Shown here: positions 1-29,843 of the stretch, in pieces
How the letters are laid out: every line of letters begins with the position of its first letter
Numbering within the stretch: the first letter of the stretch is position 1
Position numbers and translations under genes: made by a program
Origin: Flaccisagitta enflata
Taxonomy: Eukaryota
Length of the DNA: 64,000 bases
Assembly (NCBI GenBank): GCA_965153355.1
Contig: OZ231126.1
Span: 7,998,001-8,062,000, forward strand
Direction of reading: 5' to 3'
The notes under the pieces: model-generated
The model's input: the letters and a program-made list of their open reading frames with translations, nothing else
Database searches by the model: none
Told to the model about the DNA's origin: nothing

Positions 1-830
1 CTCGTTCAGAGGATAGACACTCGTTCAGAAGATAGACACTCGTTCAGAAGATAGACACTCGTTCAGAAGATAGACACTCGTTCAGAAGATAGACACTCGT
101 TCAGAAGATAGACACTTGTTCAGAAGATAGACACTCGTTCAGAAGATAGACACTCATTCAGAGGACAGACACTCATTCAGAGGATAGACACTCATTCAGA
201 GGATAGACATTCATTCAGAGGATAGACACTCATTCAGAGGATAGACACTCATTCAGAGGATAGACACTCGTTCAGAAGATAGACACTTGTTCAGAGGATA
301 GACACTCATTCAGAGGATAGACACTCATTCAGAGGATAGACACTCATTCAGAGGATAGACACTCATTCAGAGGATAGACACTCATTCAGAGGATAGACAC
401 TCATTCAGAGGATAGACACTCATTCAGAGGATAGACACTCATTCAGAGGATAGACACTCATTCAGAGGATAGACACTCATTCAGAGGATAGACACTCATT
501 CAGAGGATAGACACTCGTTCAGAGGATAGACACTCATTCAGAGGATAGACACTTGTTCGGAGAATAGACACTTGATCAGAGGATAGACACTTGTTCAGAG
601 GATAGACATTCATTCAGAGGATAGACACTCGTACAGAGGATTTACAATTATTCAGAGGATAAACACTTGTTTGGAGGATAGACACTCCTTCACAACCATT
701 CAGAGGATAAACACTTGTTTGGAGGATAGACACTCGTCCAGAGGAAATGACATCCTGAAGAGAGACGCGTCCTCAAGATAGACACGTCAAGAGAAGGGAC
801 ATTCGTCCAGAGGATGGACACCTGTCCAGA
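1..830. repeat. 19-bp minisatellite (ctcattcagaggatagaca)n
   Basis: Direct tandem copies that degenerate towards 830. Confidence 0.97.
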
Positions 831-1199
831 GGATATTGATCTTATTTATGGTTATCTCTAGCTCTTAAGCGCCTCCCAATCTAGGAACTTGATCACAGAT
901 TGGGGCAATTAACAGTCAACACCTTCTCTGACTTTGGAAACATCCATTCTGTGTCTGACCATAAACACTAATGCTTACCAAAAAAAGATAAGTGGAAATA
1001 TTTGTTAAATGTAACCAAACTTGGGAATATTTGTTAAATGTAACCAAACTTGGGAATATTTTTCAAATGTAACCAAACTTCAATAATTCACCCAAGGGCA
1101 GCATTGTTCAGATAACTTGTTAAATTTTCTGAATCGAAACAAATGCAGAAACCTAATTAAAGTCTAAAAACAGTCGCAGAAACATGTTTCTAAAAATAT

Positions 1200-4100
1200 T
1201 TAACAGAAACTAATTCCATTCATAACCACCTTTTAGGCCCTCCCAATCCAGAAAGTTTTTCCTAGAACTAATCAAAATTTATCTTTTAATGAATGACAGA
1301 AACAGAGATAAAATCATTTATGCAGTAAAAGTGTTTCTTTGTAGGAAGCTAACTTGTACCAAAATGATTTACATGTTTATTTCTGTAAATGATTTACATG
1401 TTTATTTCTGTAAATTACAGAAACAAATTATTTCCCCCAAGAGTGAGTTCGCTTTTAGGTAGCTAGGTTAGATGTTTCTAGAAATAATTACAGAAATGGA
1501 TTTCATTTCTGAAGACTAAATCCCCAAAAAATCCCCACCTTTATAGCCCCGCTCAATCCAGGAACTTGATCCAATAAATGGACACTCATTTTCATTTACA
1601 GAAATAAACACAGAAATAAAATCATTTTTGTAAGTAATGTGTCTGCTTATAGGACGTCAATAAGTGATTTTATTTCTGAGTTTATTTCTGCTATTGAAAA
1701 TTCATTTTCAGGGTCAAGTTCCTTGATTGGGAGGGGCTAATAAGGTAGGGGTTTACAGGGGGATTTAATATTCAGTGATGGGAAATATTTCTGTGATTAT
1801 TTCTGGAAATAAATTCTCATTCCTGTGATTATTTCTGGAAATAAATTCTCATTTCTGTAACTATTTCTGGGTATAATAGAATAGGCTTAGAAAATATAAA
1901 TTAATGCAGAATAGATTTGAAGGTTTTTTTCATTACAGAAACAACTACAGAAAACTGGTCTCGTTTCTAGAAATAATTACAGAAATAGATTACATTTCTG
2001 ATGACTAAATCCCCCAATAAACCCCTACCTTTATAGCCCCTCCCAATCCAGAAACTTGATCCTAGAAATGGGCATAATGACACACATTTTCATTTACAGA
2101 AATAAACACAGAAATGAAATCATTTCTGTAAAAAGTGTGTCACCTTATAGAACAGGGATAATTACAGAAACGATTTTATTTCTGAGTTTATTTCTGCATT
2201 GAAAATTTGTTTACATGGTCATAAACTCATTTTCATTTACAGAAATAAACACAGAAATAAAATTATTTCTGTAGATAGTGTGTCATCTTATAGAACAGCA
2301 ATAATTACTGAAATAAACATATTTTTGAGTATATTTCTGCAATTGAAAATTCGTTTACAGGGTAAAGTTCCTTGATCGGGAGGGGCTAATAAGGTAGGGG
2401 TTTAGAGGGGGATTTAATGTTCAGAAATGGGAAATATTTCTGTGATTATTTCTGGAAATAAATTCTCATTCCTGTGATTATTTCTGGAAATAAATTCTCA
2501 TTTCTGTAACTATTTCTGGGAATAATAGAGTAGGCTTAGAAAAGAGAAATTAATGCAGAATAGATTTGAAAGTTTTTTTCATTACAGAAACAACTACCGA
2601 AAACTGGTCTCGTTTCTAGAAATAATTACAGAAATAGATTACATTTCTGATGACTAAATCCCCCAATAAACCCCTACCTTTATAGCCCCTCCCAATCCAG
2701 GAACTTGATCCTAGAAATGGGCATAATGACACACATTTTCATTTACAGAAATAAACACAGAAATAAAATCATTTCTGTAAATAGTGTGTCACCTTATAGA
2801 ACAGGGATAATTACAGAAACGATTTTATTTCTGAGTTTATTTCTGCAATTGAAAATTTGTTTACATGGTCAAACACTCATTTTCATTTACAGAAATAAAC
2901 ACAGAAATAAAATTATTTCTGTAAATAGTGTGTCACCTTAAAGAACAGCAATAATTACAGAAATAAATATATTTCTGAGTTTATTTCTGCAATTGAAAAT
3001 TCATTTACATGGTCATACACTCATTTTTATTTACAGAAATAAACACAGAAATAAAATCATTTCTGTAAATAGAGTGTCACCTCATAGAACAGCAATAATT
3101 ACAGAAATGATTTTATTTCTGAGTTTATTTCTGCGATTGAAAATTCGTTTACAGGGTCAAGTTCCTTGATAGGGAGGGGCTAATAAGGTAGGGGTTTACA
3201 GGGGGATTTAATGTTCGTAAATGAGAATTATTTCTGTGATTATTTCTGGAAATAGAATCTCATTTCTGTAACTATTTCTGGAAATAATATAATAGGCTTA
3301 GAAAAGAGAAACTAATGCAGAATTGATTTGAAGGGTTTTTTTTTTCATTACAGAAACAACTACAGAAATCTGGTCTCATTTCTAGGAATAACTACAGAAA
3401 TGGATTTCATTTCTGATTACTAAATCCCCCAATAAACCCCTACCTTAATAGCCCCTCCCAATCCAGGGACTTTATCCTAGAAATGGGCAAAATGACACTC
3501 ATTTTCATTCACAGAAATAAACACAGAAATAAAATCATTTCTGTAAATAGTGTGTCACCTTATAGAACAGTGATGATTACAGAAATGATTTCATTTCTGA
3601 GTTTATTTCTGCAATTGAAAATTCATTTACATGGTCATACACTCATTCATTTACAGAAATAAACACAGAAATAAAATCATTTCTGTAAATAGTGTGTCAC
3701 CATATAGAACAGGGATGATTATAGAAATGATTTCATTTCTGAGTTTATTTCTGCAATTGAAAATTCATTTACATGGTCATACACTCATTTTTATTTACAG
3801 AAATAAACACAGAAATAAAATCATTTCTGTAAATAGTGTGTCACCTTATAGAACAGCAATAATTACAGAAATGATTTTATTTCTGAGTTTATTTCTGCAA
3901 TTGAAAATTCGTTTACAGGGTCAAGTTCCTTGATTGGGAGGGGCTAATAAGGTAGGGGTTTACAGGGGGATTTAATGTTCGGAAATGAAAATTATTTCTG
4001 TGATTATTTCTGGAAATAGAATCTCATTTCTGTAACTATTTCTGGAAATAATAGAATAGGCTTAGAAAAGAGAAACTAATGCAGAATTGATTTGAAGGTT

Positions 4101-5880
4101 TTTTTTTCATTACAGAAACAACTACAGAAATCTGGTCTCATTTCTAGGAATAACTACAGAAATGGATTTCATTTCTGATTACTAAATCCCCCAATAAACC
4201 CCTACCTTTATAGCCCCTCCCAATCCAGGGACTTGATCCTAGAAATGGGCATAATGACACTCATTCTCATTCACAGAAATAAACACAGAAATAAAATAAT
4301 TTCTGTAAATAGTGTGTCACCTTATAGAACAGGGATGATTACAGAAATGATTTCATTTCTGAGTTTATTTCTGCAATTGAAAATTCATTTACATGATCAT
4401 ACACTCATTCATTTACAGAAATAAACACAGAAATAAAATCATTTCTGTAAATAGTGTGTCACCTTATAGAACAGCAATAATTACAGAAATGATTTTATTT
4501 CTAAGTTCATTTCTGCAATTCAAAATTTGTTTACAGGGTCAAGTTCCTAGATTGGGAGGGGCTAATAAGGTAGGGGTTTACAGGGGGATTTAATGTACAG
4601 AAATGGGAAATATTTCTGTGATTATTTCTGGAAATAGATTCTCATTTCTGTAACTATTTCTGGAAATAATAGGATAGGCTTAGAAAAGAGAAACTAATGC
4701 AGAATTGATTTGAAGGTATTTTATCATTACAGAAACAACAACAGAAAACTGGTTGAGTTTTTAGGAACAATTACAGAAATGGATTTCATTTCTGATGACT
4801 AAATCCCCTAATAAACCCCTACCTTTGTAGCCCCTCCCAATCCAGGAACTTGTTCCTAGAAATGGGCATAATGACACCCATTTTCACTTACAGAAATAAA
4901 CACAGAAATAAAATCATTTCTGTAAATAGTGTGTCACCTTATAGAACAGGGATGATTACAGAAATGATTTCATTTCTGAGTTAATTTCTGCAATTGAAAA
5001 TTCATTTACATGGTCATACACTCATTTTTATTTACAGAAATAAACACAGAAATAAAATCATTTCTGTAAATAGTGTGTCACCTTATAGAACAGCAATAAT
5101 TACAGAAATGATTTTATTTCTGAGTTTATTTCTGCAATTGAAAATTCGTTCACAGGGTCAAGTTCCTTGATTGGGAGGGGCTAATAAGGTAGGGGTTTAC
5201 AGGGGGATTTAATGTTCGGAAATGAGAATTATTTCTGTGATTATTTCTGGAAATAGAGTCTCATTTCTGTAACTATTTCTGGAAATAATAGAATAGGCTT
5301 AGAAAAGAGAAACTAATGCAGAATTGATTTGAAGGTTTTTTTTTCATTACAGAAACAACTACAGAAAACTGGTCGCGTTTCTAGAAATAATTACTGAAAT
5401 GGATTTCATTTCTGATTACTAAATCCCCCCATAAACCCCTACCTTTATGAACCCTCCCAATCCAGGAACTTGATCCTAGAAATGGGCATAATTACACTCA
5501 TTTTCATTTACAGAAATAAACACAGAAATAAAATCATTTCTCTAAATAGTGTGTCAGCTTATAGAACAGGGATGAACACAGAAATGATTTTATTTCTGAG
5601 TTTATTTCTGCAATTCAAAATTTGTTTACAGAGTCAAGTTCCTAGATTGGGAGGGGCTAATAAGGTAGGGGTTTACAGGGGGATTTAATATTTAGAAATG
5701 GGAGATATGTCTTTGAATAGTTCTAGAAATAAATTCTCATTTCTGTAACTATTTCAGAGTATATGTAATGGGCTTAGAAAAGAGGAATTAATGCAGAAAT
5801 GATTTGAATAGGTTTCTGCATTTTTTTCTAAAAATAAAAATGATTTCTGTAATTATATTTGTTGGCATGCCTGAATTTCC
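1200..5880. repeat. Complex fold-back tandem array, units of about 490-765 bp
   Basis: taaatcccc box at about 1518, 2006, 2656, 3421, 4183, 4800 and 5420, each followed by its inverted copy; variable number of ~145-bp subunits. Confidence 0.92.
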
Positions 5881-5907
5881 TGTGTCCAGAAATAGGTAAA
5901 GATACAA

Positions 5908-6238
5908 TTTTTAGTCGCGTGCAGGCGACTCTACAACCCGCTTTGTCGGTCCTTCGGTCTGTCACACTTTACTTTTTTATCATACTTTAAGTTATTTCTA
6001 GTCATTCTGAGTCATTTTAAGTCATTCTAAGTCATTCTAAGTCATTCTAAGTCATTCTAAGTCATTCTAAATTGTTTTAAGTCACTTAAGTCAAATAGGT
6101 CAAAGTAGTCATTTCAGTCATTTTAGGTCTTTTTAAGTCTAAAGTTGTCTTGAGTCATTTTAAGTCATCTTGAGTCAATAAAAGTCATCTTAAGTTACTT
6201 ATGTCTCGCACGCGACTTATAGGTGTTGGCCTTGTTTT
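5908..6238 (+). mobile_element. Helentron-associated (DINE-1/HINE-like) short element; family copies near 12930, 19420, 20615, 32636, 57728 (+) and 7060, 37700-37930, 39130-39400, 63570-63740 (-)
   Basis: ttttagtcgcgtgca(c/g)gcgact hairpin, GTCY microsatellite, internal tandem repeat, 3' gcacgcgact...ggccttgtt, inserted in T-runs without a TSD. Confidence 0.65.
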
Positions 6239-7719
6239 TCTAGAGATCATCACAAAAAAAAAATCTAGCTTCTGATGAAAAAAAAACCTGTAACCCCCCT
6301 GAAGTCGTAATTGGCATACTTACAAATCATTGAGGGCATACCATAAAATTGTAATTGGAAGATGTTGACATTGTTAGTGTCATACCTTGAAAATTGTATA
6401 AAGCACATCTTGGTATCGTCGATGGCACACCATGAAGTCGTGATAAGCATACAGTTGAACCTCACTAGACACATTTCAGGGGACTGTGCAAAATTATGCC
6501 TTATAATGTAGCTGCCTCATTGCCAATATAGAAATAACTGAAAAATTGCTCATGGGACAGCGAATTGTATGCCTTACAGGTGCCTTATTAGCTTGTGCGC
6601 TCTATCAGTGCTCCATTGATGCGATCTAACGCCACTAAGCAGACCTCTGTAGCTCAACTCTTTTAGATTTTACAGCAGAAATAGTAAAATGATTCATTTT
6701 GATCTCTAAGGTAAATATCATTGATTTCCTTTTTTGAAATTCCAGCAGTTTTATTTGGATATTTTCTATACATAGAAATTACAGACACATAAGAAAATCG
6801 ACGAGCGCTGTAAAGAACTTCAAAAGAGCTTTCATTTGCCACCAAGTAGAGCTCATTCGCTCAAATCGTTTAGAATTTCCAACAGAATTAGTACAAGCCT
6901 CACCATAAAACCAAAGTGGCAAAAACAGCTATATCTAATGCCAAAATACGCTAAAACAAATTTCTGTAAGAAGAAAACAGATTTTTCTGATCAATCTTCA
7001 AAGAACTAAATTCAATTGCGACTTAATTTGACCAAGATAGTATTAGAATTTGAATTTTAACAAGGCTGGATAGAAGTAGTGTGCTTACAAAGATAGAGGG
7101 GTATTTCAACTTTTACACTTGTGAGATGATGATCTTTTGTGAGCAAAATCTGATATGCGCGACCTTGAAATTGCGTCCTAACTCCCTTCCTCAGCCTCGG
7201 GGACTTCAATTCATATGTTTAGAAAGAAAAACACTCCTGGATGGAGTAGCCAAATGGATAGTTTCGGTGTACCTGACCTCTACTGGATACATGGCTACGC
7301 CTCTCACATGCAAATGGGCAGGAGCAGTGAGCTCACAAAGCTAATGAATACTGAACTAGTAAAACATAGCCAGGTGTCGCGAAGCTAACTAAAAATCAGA
7401 TTTCAAATTCTTAAAATATCAGTCAATTAATATCTTAAAATCAGAATACAAATTCCTAAAAATTGAATATGAAATCTGGATTGTATATTCAAGGATTAAG
7501 CTCGATTTTTAAAAAAATTAGAATTGGAATTAGAACTTGAATTGAAAAAAATTGGAATTAAAATTCTAACATTTAGAAGATATTTCACATTTTTTTAAAT
7601 GATCTTATTTCTGAATGCATGAAACATTTTTACCAGTATTCTGCAGAGATGATTACAGATATCGGTCTCTGGAAATGGTTTCAAAAACTTTAAACTTATT
7701 CTGTTTTTGTTAACAACAC

Positions 7720-8588
7720 CATGACAGCATACCTTGAAGTCCATGACGACATACCTTGCAGTCCTTGACGGCATACCTTGAAGTCCATGATGGCATACCT
7801 CGAAGTCCATGATGGCATATCTCAAAGTCCATGATGGCATACCTCGAAGTTCATGATGGCATACCTCGAAGTTCATGATGGCATACCTCGAAGTTCATGA
7901 TGGCATACCTCGAAGTTCATGATGGCATACCCTGAAGTCCATGATGGCATACCCCGAAGTACATGATGGCATACCCCGAAGTCCATGATGGCATACCTTG
8001 AGGTCCATGATGGCATACCTTGAAGTCCATGATGGCATACCTTGAAGTCCATGATGGCATACCTTGAAGTCCATGATGGCATACCTTGAAGTCCATGATG
8101 GCATACCTTGAAGTCCATGATGGCATACCTTGAAGTCCATGATGGCATACCTTGTAGTCCATGATGGCATACCTTGTAGTCCATGATGGCATACCTTGTA
8201 GTCCATGATGGCATACCTTGTAGTCCATGATGGCATACCTTGTAGTCCATGATGGCATACCTTGTAGTCCATGATGGCATACCTTGTAGTCCATGATGGC
8301 ATACCTTGTAGTCCATGATGGCATACCTTGTAGTCCATGATGGCATACCTTGTAGTCCATGATGGCATACCTTGTAGTCCATGATGGCATACCTTGTAGT
8401 CCATGATGGCATACCTTGTAGTCCATGATGGCATACCTTGAAGTCCATGATGGCATACCTTGAAGTCCATGATGGCATACCTTGAAGTCCATGATGGCAT
8501 ACCTTGAAGTCCATGATGGCATACCTTGAAGTCCATGATGGCATACATTGAGGTCCATGAGGGCACACCTTGAAGTCCATGATGGCAT
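7720..8588. repeat. 22-bp minisatellite (ccatgatggcataccttgaagt)n; second block at 9290-9503
   Basis: Direct tandem copies with variant blocks (gaagt/gtagt). Confidence 0.97.
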
Positions 8589-8769
8589 ATGAGTCTCTAC
8601 ACGACAGAATTTACTACCACACAGACTGTGTCAAATAATCGGTTTTACGTCAAAAAGTCAAGAACACGAGTCTACTTTCAATTTGAGGAATAAATATCAA
8701 TTACTAGCATCGAGATAAACAATTATTGCGCTCAATTAGTTGCAGTCAGACAGTTGAATTTAACTCATA

Positions 8770-9935
8770 TACAGTTGGAGTAAAACTCGAATACATTTGG
8801 AGTCAAACTAGAAAGCAATCGGAGTCAAACTCGAGTACAGTTAGAGTCAAACTCAAATACTCGAAAAGTTAGAATCAAACTCAGAGAGTTAGAGTCAAAC
8901 TCGATTATTAAGAGTCTAAAAATTCGACTAAGGTTTTGACTCTGAAAGGTAGTCCAAAAATTCGACTCTAATTTTTAGACTCTGAAAGTTAGAGTCCAAC
9001 TCGAAAAGTTAAAGAGTCTAAAAATTTGACTCTAATTTTGAGACTCTAAAAGTTAGAGTCAAACTCGAAAAGTTAGTCTAAAAATTCAACTCTCATTTTT
9101 AGACTCTAAAAGTTAGAGTCGAATTTTTAGACTCCAACTTTTAGACTCTAAAAGTTAAAGTCTAAAAATTTGACTCTAACTTTTAGACTCCAACTTTTCG
9201 AGTTTGACTCTAACTTTTAGAGTCCAATTCGAGCGTCAGCTTAAAATGTCATAAATTTCACAGAAGACGGCGTACTCCACCTGCGCGATCAAAGATGGCA
9301 TTCCTTGAAGTCCATGATGGCATACCTCAAAGTCCATGATGGCGTACCTTGAAGTCCATGATGGCGTACCTTGAAGTCCATGATGGCGTACCTTGAAGTC
9401 CATGATGGCGTACCTTGAAGTCCATGATGGCGTACCTTGAAGTCCATGATGGCGTACCTTGAAGTCCATGATGGCATACCTTGAAGACCATGATGGCGTA
9501 CCTCGGGGTTAGAAAATGAATTCTGAAAATTAGAGTTCAAGCTTCAATTTGAAAAATCAGAATTCGAATTCTAAAAATTAGGGTCCATACTTGAATTCTA
9601 AAAATCAGAAATCGAATTCCCAAAACTAGAGTTCAAGCCTGAATTCTAAAAATAAAAGTCGAATTCTAAAAGTTAGAATTTGAATTCTGAAAATTTGACT
9701 TCAAGCTCGAATTCTAAAAATTAGAATTCGAATTCTAGAAATTTGAGTTCAAGCTCGAATTCTAAAAATCAGAATTCGAATTCTGAAAATTAGAGTTCAA
9801 GCTCGAATTCTAAAAATTAGAATTCAAGTTCGAACTCTAAAAGTTAGAGTTCAAACCCGAACTCTAACAATTAGAATTCGAATTCTAAAAGTTAGAGTTC
9901 GAATTCTAACAATTAGAATTCGAACTCTAACTTTT
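8770..9935. repeat. Short palindromic-motif repeats (ttagagtc/gactctaa at 8770-9230; tcgaattct at 9510-9935)
   Basis: Dense recurrence of these motifs in both orientations. Confidence 0.8.
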
Positions 9936-10339
9936 CAAGCGGAAAATTTCCGCGGCTCATTTTTCACGGAAAACGGTGATAAATGAAGCCCCTCGCGTCG
10001 GGACAGGGTTCGCGTCGACGGGTAATCAACTCCAACAAAAAGGAAAAGTCGGAAAAACGCCTAAGTCTCGGTGCTAAAAACGCGCTAAAAAGTGCTAAAA
10101 AATCTGTGGCGTTCCTCCCCCTGCCTATAGGTGCATAATGGGGTAAAAAATTTTAGCTTGATTCCTAGCGGTTTGGCAGATATTGCTTCCCTGGAGTTGG
10201 TCAATTCTTCGATTCTCGTACTGTAAATCCAAAAGTATGAGGCTACACATACTCCTACTGAGCTGGCATCTAAGAACTAAGATGAAAAGGAAACAAAGGA
10301 TGACTAAATGATCAAATGATTACAGAACCAATGACATTA

Positions 10340-10705
10340 CAGTGAGAGGGGCAGTCAAAATCGCTAGCAACCCTACTTGCAGCTCAAATGGTTACTACCA
10401 CACGGACAATAAAGGTGGCGCCTAACAACTTGTACCAATTCAATTCCCGCCATCGAGGCGATTTCCTAATTTCAACGTAGTTTTCAAGATACAGCCCTTT
10501 TTAGGGTGAAAATCAGCCATTTTCTGAGGTGTTGATTTAGCTGATTTATGACCAATATCTTCGGAACTGAGAGGAAATTCGAAAAACGCCTCGATGGCGG
10601 GAATAGTAATGGGATAAGCTATCAGCCAGTACCTCAGTTTTCCCTTTAGTATTGTCCATCCAAGCTGTGGGTAGGGTTGCTAGCGATTTTGCTGCCCCTC
10701 TCATT
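10340..10705. mobile_element. MITE (CAGTG-type TIR, TA flank)
   Basis: gagaggggcagtcaaaatcgctagcaaccctac / gtagggttgctagcgattttgctgcccctctc, plus an internal inverted pair. Confidence 0.75.
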
Positions 10706-10899
10706 ATATTATCATCGAGACTGTAAATATGCTATGAATAGAAATGAGCTAGAAAGCACGATGAGATGGTACACATGAATTGTCTTTGATCATACAGAGA
10801 ATCGGGTCTTACAGAGGCATACAAATACATCGAAACAAAGGAAAAGAGATAGCCAAACAGCAAAAATGACAGAGTAAGATAATAGATGTACACACGTAC

Positions 10900-28219
<17,320 letters not shown>

Positions 28220-28291
28220 CGCCAAACGCGACGATGATTCACCTGGACGAGGACAAAATCTCTGTTGAGATTGAGAGAAAACAAAGACATT

Positions 28292-28996
28292 GGTCTACGT
28301 GAAGGAGACGGCCACACTAAGTTTATACCTCTCCAACCTTAGTTTTATCATCAATTTCAACAGAGTTAAACACTCGGAAAGGTTTGAATCAGGTTTTAGG
28401 GGTAGGGTTTGGTTTAGGGGTAGGGTTATGTTTAGGTTAAGTTTAGGGTTAAGTTTAGGGGTAGAGTTGGGTTGAGGGATAAGGTTGGGTTTAGGGGTGG
28501 GGTTGGGTTTAGGGGTGGGGATGGGTTTACGGGTGGGGTTGGGTTTAGGGGTAGGGTTGGATTTAGGGGTAGGGTTGGATTTAGGGTTAGGGTTGGGTTC
28601 AGGGGTAGGGTTCGGTTTAGTGGTTAAGTTGGGTTTAGGGATAGGGTTCGGTCTAGGGGTAGGGTTGGGTTTAGGGGTAGGGTTGGGTTTAGGGGTAGGG
28701 TTTGGTTTAGGGGTAGGGTTTGGTTTAGTGGTTAGGTTGGGTTTAGGGATAGGGTTCGGTCTAGGGGTAGGGTTGGGTTTAGGGGTAGGGTTGGGTTTAG
28801 GGGTAGGGTTGGGTTTAGGGGTAGGGTTGGGTTTAGGGGTAGGGTTGGGTTGGACTTAGGTGTAGGGTTGGGTTTGGGGGTAGGGTTAGGTTTAGGGGAA
28901 GGGTTGACCAAAAAAAATCAATGTCAAAGTGGTATCGCATGAAAAAATTCAAAAACATACGTTTACATAGGTGCGGCCGTCTCCTTCACCTTTGCC
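28292..28996. mobile_element. GG...CC TIR element with 8-bp TSD (Merlin/Mutator-like), containing a G-rich 18-bp tandem repeat
   Basis: gtgaaggagacggccacac / gtgcggccgtctccttcac; TSD aagacatt / atgacatt; internal (ggggtagggttgggttta)n at about 28395-28905. Confidence 0.7.
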
Positions 28997-29091
28997 ATGA
29001 CATTTTCAATAGGGGGACAAAACGAATTAAACGATATATCAAAGGATGAATTTCAACGTTTCGGGATGATAAGACGTTTTGAAGGATGTAT

Positions 29092-29248
29092 ACACTTTTT
29101 ATTTTTTATAAGAACGTCATTTTTTGGCCGAAGCCTTCAAAAGAGATAGAGATAGCTACTAATAAAATAACTACGATGTTCTTAATTTTAGGGCAATTTC
29201 AAGCCTTGATGTTCTTATAAACTAGGTTCTTATAAAAAATAAAAAGTG
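29092..29248. mobile_element. Small MITE (TA flank)
   Basis: cactttttattttttataagaac / gttcttataaaaaataaaaagtg. Confidence 0.7.
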
Positions 29249-29451
29249 TAATAGAATTTATCATAGGATTTTTTTTTCTTCTGTAAAGAGAAGCAAAAGC
29301 AAAAATGAGTCTAACGATCGAGATCCTTCAGACTCATGACATAGTTGCTGTCCGTTCGGTCGTTAACTGTTGCAATCACCCAGGAACTCTTAGTCCTAGA
29401 TGATTGCCATGCAACGGAACAATGATTTTTTTAAGTAAACGAACCAGAAAG

Positions 29452-29538
<87 letters not shown>

Positions 29539-29619
29539 TAATAAATGAGTCAAGTAATCAATCAATGAACATCAAAGAATAAATGGTACCATTTCTGCCA
29601 TCCACTTTTCCGTAACATC

Positions 29620-29765
29620 AGCTCCAAATCTGATAATAATCAAAAATCCAGTCCAATACACCAATATCCAACATCCTCAGCACAACGCGGATCCAGAATA
29701 GTAAACAGCAATTAGCAACGACGATATATGACAGCAGCGGTTCATATCCCAACGACAACTGAGAC

Positions 29766-29843
<78 letters not shown>

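Noticed and set aside
7595-8588. ORFs open in all three minus frames
   Set aside because: 22-bp minisatellite lacking stop codons on that strand.
28395-28905. True telomere or chromosome-fusion scar
   Set aside because: An 18-bp derived unit enclosed by TIRs and a TSD, not a pure TTAGGG array.
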